NCBI GenBank assembly: GCA_963783385.1
Contig: CAWANJ010000003.1
Coordinates: 160,001-224,000, forward strand
Direction of reading: 5' to 3'
Source of the DNA: an uncultured Gemmatimonadales bacterium
GTDB lineage: Bacteria; Gemmatimonadota; Gemmatimonadetes; Palauibacterales; Palauibacteraceae
Length of the DNA: 64,000 bases
Part shown: in pieces, positions 57,364-64,000 of the stretch
Position numbering within the stretch: position 1 is the stretch's first letter
Layout of the letters: each line of letters opens with the position of its first letter
The notes under the pieces: generated by a model
Databases searched by the model: none
The model's input: the letters and a program-made list of their open reading frames with translations, nothing else
Told to the model about the DNA's origin: nothing
Made by a program: the position numbers and the translations under genes

Positions 57364-58890
57364 TCAAGCGTCGTCCCGCGGAAACAGGACGGCTCCGCCC
57401 GCCACCCGGGTCAGGCCGGCGGCTCGATCCTCCAGCGCGTCGAAGGACGGGACGGGTCCCTCTCCACCCAGCCGCTCCCAGAGCGTGCGCGACTTCCCCG
57501 GGAGGAAGGGGGTCAGCATGACGGCGGTGGCGGCCAGCGCTCGCAACAGCGAGCCCAGGGAGGCGTCCAGGGCTCCGGGCCCGGCACCCTCGTCCCGCTC
57601 GGCCCGCGCCAGGTCCCACGGCCTGGACCGATCGACGAAGCCGTTCGCCTCGCGGACCAGGTCGAGCGCGGCCTGCGCGCCCCGGTGCAGGAGGAGCGCT
57701 TCCATGGAGGCGTGGTAGTCGGACAGGGCGGCGCGCCGCGCGTCGTCCAGCTCCGTGTCGTCCCCGGCCGGGACGCGGCCCTCCCGGTACTTGCGTACCA
57801 TGGCCACGACCCGGTTCAGGAGGTTGCCGAGGTCGTTGGCGAGCTCGGCGTTGTAGCGCTCGTCGAAGCTCGCCAGCAGCTGGGCCGGTGACCCGAAGTC
57901 GCGGTCGCCGTCCCAGGGCGTCTCGCGCAGCATGAAATAGCGGAACGCGTCGGGCCCGTGACGCTCGACCAGGGCCTCGAGCTCCAGGCGGGCCCCGGCC
58001 GACTTGGAGATCTTGCCGCCCTCGACGCTGACGAAGCCGTGGCCCCACACCGAGCGAGGCAGCTCGATGCCGGCCGACAGGAGCATGGCGGGCCAGATGA
58101 CGCAGTGGAAGCGGGTGATGTCCTTGCCGATCACGTGCAGGTCGGCCGGCCACCACTCGCGGTACGCGTCGTCGGGGAAGCCGACGGCCGACAGGTAGTT
58201 GGTGAGCGCGTCCAGCCACACGTACACGGTGTGGTCCTCGGCCCCCGGGAAGGGGATGCCCCACGGGATCCGGGAGCGGGAGGCCGACACGTCCTCGAGC
58301 CCGCCCTCCAGGAGCCGCACGATCTCGTTGCGGCGGCTCTCGGGACGGATGAAGTCCGGGTGGGCCTCGATGTGCGCGAGCAGGGGATCGCGAAAGCGGG
58401 ACAGCCGGAAGAACCAGTTCTCCTCCTCCGTCCACGCGATCTCGCGGTCCGGGTGCAGCGGACAGCGGCCGTCCGCGAGCTCGTCCTCGGCGCGGAAGGC
58501 CTCGCAGCGCACGCAGTACCAGCCCTCGTACGTCCCCATGTAGAGGTCGCCGGCCTCCCGCACCCGCTCGACCAGCGCCGTGACCGCGCGGGCGTGCCGC
58601 GACTCGGTGGTTCGGATGAAGTCGTCGTAGGAAACGCCGAGGCTGTCCCACACGGCCCGGAAGCGGGCGGCGAGCTCGTCCACGAGCTCGGCCGGCTCGA
58701 TGCCCCGCCGGGCGGCCTCCTGGGGGATGCTCTGCCCGTGCTCGTCCATGCCGATGACGAAATGCACGCGGTCCCCGCGCAGGCGACGGTACCGCGCGAT
58801 GGCGTCCGCGCCGATCTTCTCGAACGCGTGGCCGGCGTGCGGCTCGCCGTTGGCGTAGTCTATGGCGGTGGTGATGTAGAAATGGCCCAT
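57364..58890 (-). CDS. metG: Methionine--tRNA ligase (short form)
   Basis: FYITTAIDYANG.PHAGH, GMDEHG, YVWLDAL.NY, IGKDITRFH, KISKS and LANDLGNL.NR. Confidence 0.97.
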   Translation of the reverse strand: MGHFYITTAIDYANGEPHAGHAFEKIGADAIARYRRLRGDRVHFVIGMDEHGQSIPQEAARRGIEPAELVDELAARFRAVWDSLGVSYDDFIRTTESRHARAVTALVERVREAGDLYMGTYEGWYCVRCEAFRAEDELADGRCPLHPDREIAWTEEENWFFRLSRFRDPLLAHIEAHPDFIRPESRRNEIVRLLEGGLEDVSASRSRIPWGIPFPGAEDHTVYVWLDALTNYLSAVGFPDDAYREWWPADLHVIGKDITRFHCVIWPAMLLSAGIELPRSVWGHGFVSVEGGKISKSAGARLELEALVERHGPDAFRYFMLRETPWDGDRDFGSPAQLLASFDERYNAELANDLGNLLNRVVAMVRKYREGRVPAGDDTELDDARRAALSDYHASMEALLLHRGAQAALDLVREANGFVDRSRPWDLARAERDEGAGPGALDASLGSLLRALAATAVMLTPFLPGKSRTLWERLGGEGPVPSFDALEDRAAGLTRVAGGAVLFPRDDA

Positions 58891-59840
58891 CAGCGGCGGT
58901 CGGTCCCCTCCGCCCGCCCGGGATTCCCGGGACGGCCACGGGCCTCGCGCTTGAGCTCCTCGAGCGGCAGGGTGCGTCGCTCTCCGTGATCGTCCTTCAG
59001 GGTCACCGTCTCCTTGAACAGGTTCCAGCCCACGACCGTCTCCTGGCCCCGCGAGGTGCCCAGCGTCTGGCCCTCCCTGGGGAAGCGCTTACGGGCCTGC
59101 AGGTAGGCCTCGTGCTCGTAGTGGAGGCACGACATGAGCCGCCCGCACGCGCCCGAGATCTGGGCCGGATTGAGGGAGAGCCCCTGGTCCTTGGCCAGCT
59201 GGAGCGTGACCGGCTGGATCTCCGGCAGCCAGGCGCGGCAGCACAGCTCCCGCCGGCAGCGCCCTATCCCGCCGAGGCGCCGGGCCTCGTCGCGCACGCC
59301 GATCTGGCGCAGCTCGATCCGGGTGCGGAACTCGCCCGCCATGTCGCGCACCAGGGCCCGGAAGTCCACCCGCTTGTCGGCCGTGAAGTACACGGTGAGC
59401 TTGTTGCGGTCCCACTGCCACTCGGCCTCGCTCGCCTTCATCTTGAGGCCGTGCTTCTCGACCAGTTCGCGAGTGCGCGTCCGCACATCGGCCTCGTGGG
59501 AGCGGAGCTCGAGCAGCCGCTCCACGTCCACGGGCGCCGCCCGGCGCAGGACGCGCCGGGGCGGCGGGATGACGGGCCGATCCCCGGCATGCTCGCATCC
59601 GCCGTCGCAGGTCAGCTCGTCCGCGTGGGCGGCCCGGTGCACCCACCCCAGGTCGCGGCCGCGATCCGCCTCGACGATGACGTGCTCCCCTTCGACGAGG
59701 GGGACCGCCTCGCGAGCGGCGTAGTACTCTCGCCGCAGACCCTTGAACTGGACCTGCACCACCTGTACGTCCCGCTCCGCCGCGACGGGGCGGGGCCCCG
59801 CCGGGCGTGGCGCGACCGGCTCCGGGACGCCGGGGCTCAA
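58890..59840 (-). CDS. ricT: PSP1/RicT (YaaT) family Fe-S protein
   Basis: VIVEADRG.DLG, FTADKRVDFRALV, RIELRQIGVRDEA, ELCC and ISGACGRLMSCL.YE. Confidence 0.92.
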   Translation of the reverse strand: MSPGVPEPVAPRPAGPRPVAAERDVQVVQVQFKGLRREYYAAREAVPLVEGEHVIVEADRGRDLGWVHRAAHADELTCDGGCEHAGDRPVIPPPRRVLRRAAPVDVERLLELRSHEADVRTRTRELVEKHGLKMKASEAEWQWDRNKLTVYFTADKRVDFRALVRDMAGEFRTRIELRQIGVRDEARRLGGIGRCRRELCCRAWLPEIQPVTLQLAKDQGLSLNPAQISGACGRLMSCLHYEHEAYLQARKRFPREGQTLGTSRGQETVVGWNLFKETVTLKDDHGERRTLPLEELKREARGRPGNPGRAEGTDRR

Positions 59841-60787
59841 GCCTCCTCCCAGGCGCCCATCCCGTAGTACTTCTCGCGGCGGAGCCGGACGAGCTCCTCG
59901 GGGTCCAGCGCCGTGAGCTCGTCCAGGTTACGGGCCAGCACCTCGCCGACTGCCGTGGCCGTCTCCGCCGGACCGGTGTGCGCGCCGCCCGGCGGCTCGG
60001 GGATGATCTCGTCGATGACCTCGAGCTCGAGGAGGTCCTGGGCGGTGAGCTTCAGCGCTTCGGCCGCCTGCTCCGCCTGGTCGCGGCTCCGCCACAGGAT
60101 GGCGGCGCATCCCTCGGGCGAGATCACCGAGTAGATGGCGTTCTCCAGCATCAGCACCCGGTCCGCCACCGCGATGCCCAGCGCGCCGCCGCTTCCGCCC
60201 TCCCCGATCACGCAGGTGATGATGGGCGTGCGCAGGCCGGCCATGACGAGGAGGTTGCGGGCGATGGCCTCGGCCTGCCCGCGCTCCTCGGCGCCGATTC
60301 CCGGGTAGGCCCCCTGGGTGTCGACGAAGGTGAGGACGGGGCGGCCGAACTTCTCCGCCAGCTTCATGAGCCGTTGGGCTTTGCGGTAGCCCTCCGGGTG
60401 CGGCGAGCCGAAGTTGCGGGCCAGGTTCTCCTTCATGTCCCGGCCCTTCTGGTGGCCGATCACCATGACGGACCGGCCGCCGAAGGTGGCCCAGCCCCCC
60501 ACGATGGACGGATCGTCCCGATAGTGGCGATCGCCGTGGAGCTCGATCCAGTCGTCGCACAGGCGCTCGATGTAGTCGAGCGTGAACGGTCGCTCCTGGT
60601 GGCGTGCCAGCTTCACCCGGTCGTAGCGGGACAGCTCCGCGAAGGCGTCGGCCTGCTCGGCGTCCAGCTGCTCCTCGAGCCTCTCGATCTGTTCGGACAT
60701 GTCGATCCCCTCGCGGCTCGAGAGCTCTCTCAGCTCCGTGAGCCGTTCGCGCATCTTCTCGAACTTCTCGCTACGCTCGAGCGCCAT
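59837..60787 (-). CDS. accA: Acetyl-CoA carboxylase carboxyltransferase alpha subunit
   Basis: ELHGDR, RNFG..HPEGYRKA, AEERGQAEAIA, IGEGGSGGA and YSVISPEGCAAILW. Confidence 0.97.
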   Translation of the reverse strand: MALERSEKFEKMRERLTELRELSSREGIDMSEQIERLEEQLDAEQADAFAELSRYDRVKLARHQERPFTLDYIERLCDDWIELHGDRHYRDDPSIVGGWATFGGRSVMVIGHQKGRDMKENLARNFGSPHPEGYRKAQRLMKLAEKFGRPVLTFVDTQGAYPGIGAEERGQAEAIARNLLVMAGLRTPIITCVIGEGGSGGALGIAVADRVLMLENAIYSVISPEGCAAILWRSRDQAEQAAEALKLTAQDLLELEVIDEIIPEPPGGAHTGPAETATAVGEVLARNLDELTALDPEELVRLRREKYYGMGAWEEA

Positions 60788-60839
60788 CGCCGTGTCCCCG
60801 TTTCCGTCTTCTCTCCGGGCCCATACCGATCCGCGCGTC

Positions 60840-64000
<3,161 letters not shown>

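Overview
Very GC-rich bacterial chromosomal window, mostly housekeeping. The gene repertoire (SusC/SusD pair, 'ELRRRRVFRV' TolB/TPR protein, RicT) suggests Gemmatimonadota, which is an inference. In order: a secreted PHM-like copper protein missed by the ORF track; a ferredoxin; a lipA-pdhABC-lpdA-lipB-sdaAB-sdaAA operon; tRNA-Glu(CTC); an accessory-looking block (TPR protein, decarboxylase remnant, secreted tandem-domain protein, ATP-grasp/SET fusion, Tat-signal aldo-keto reductase, NTT-like transporter); ferritin; a fused glutaminase-NadE; a complete Pho locus (porin, phoBR, pstSCAB, phoU, Pho-box-like repeats); three small hypothetical genes next to a lower-GC intergenic region with DnaA-box-like and IHF-like motifs; an SDR/M1 peptidase/C-N hydrolase unit; OmpA; a thioredoxin-like protein; pruA; a divergent reductase-less PaaA-D-B-C-Zn-ribbon diiron cluster; a SusC/SusD locus flanked by peptidases; a DUF402-membrane fusion; fadJ; an M23 peptidase; metG; ricT; accA; and a partial dnaE. 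No CRISPR array, integrase, transposase or rRNA was seen. Two apparent single-base frameshifts (phoR 5' end, M23) may be assembly errors. The best candidates for undescribed biology are the NTT/Tat-AKR/ATP-grasp-SET unit, the divergent Paa-like oxygenase cluster, the PHM-like protein and the secreted two-repeat Cys/His protein with a DtxR-type palindrome. All assignments come from motif recognition by eye; no database searches were run.
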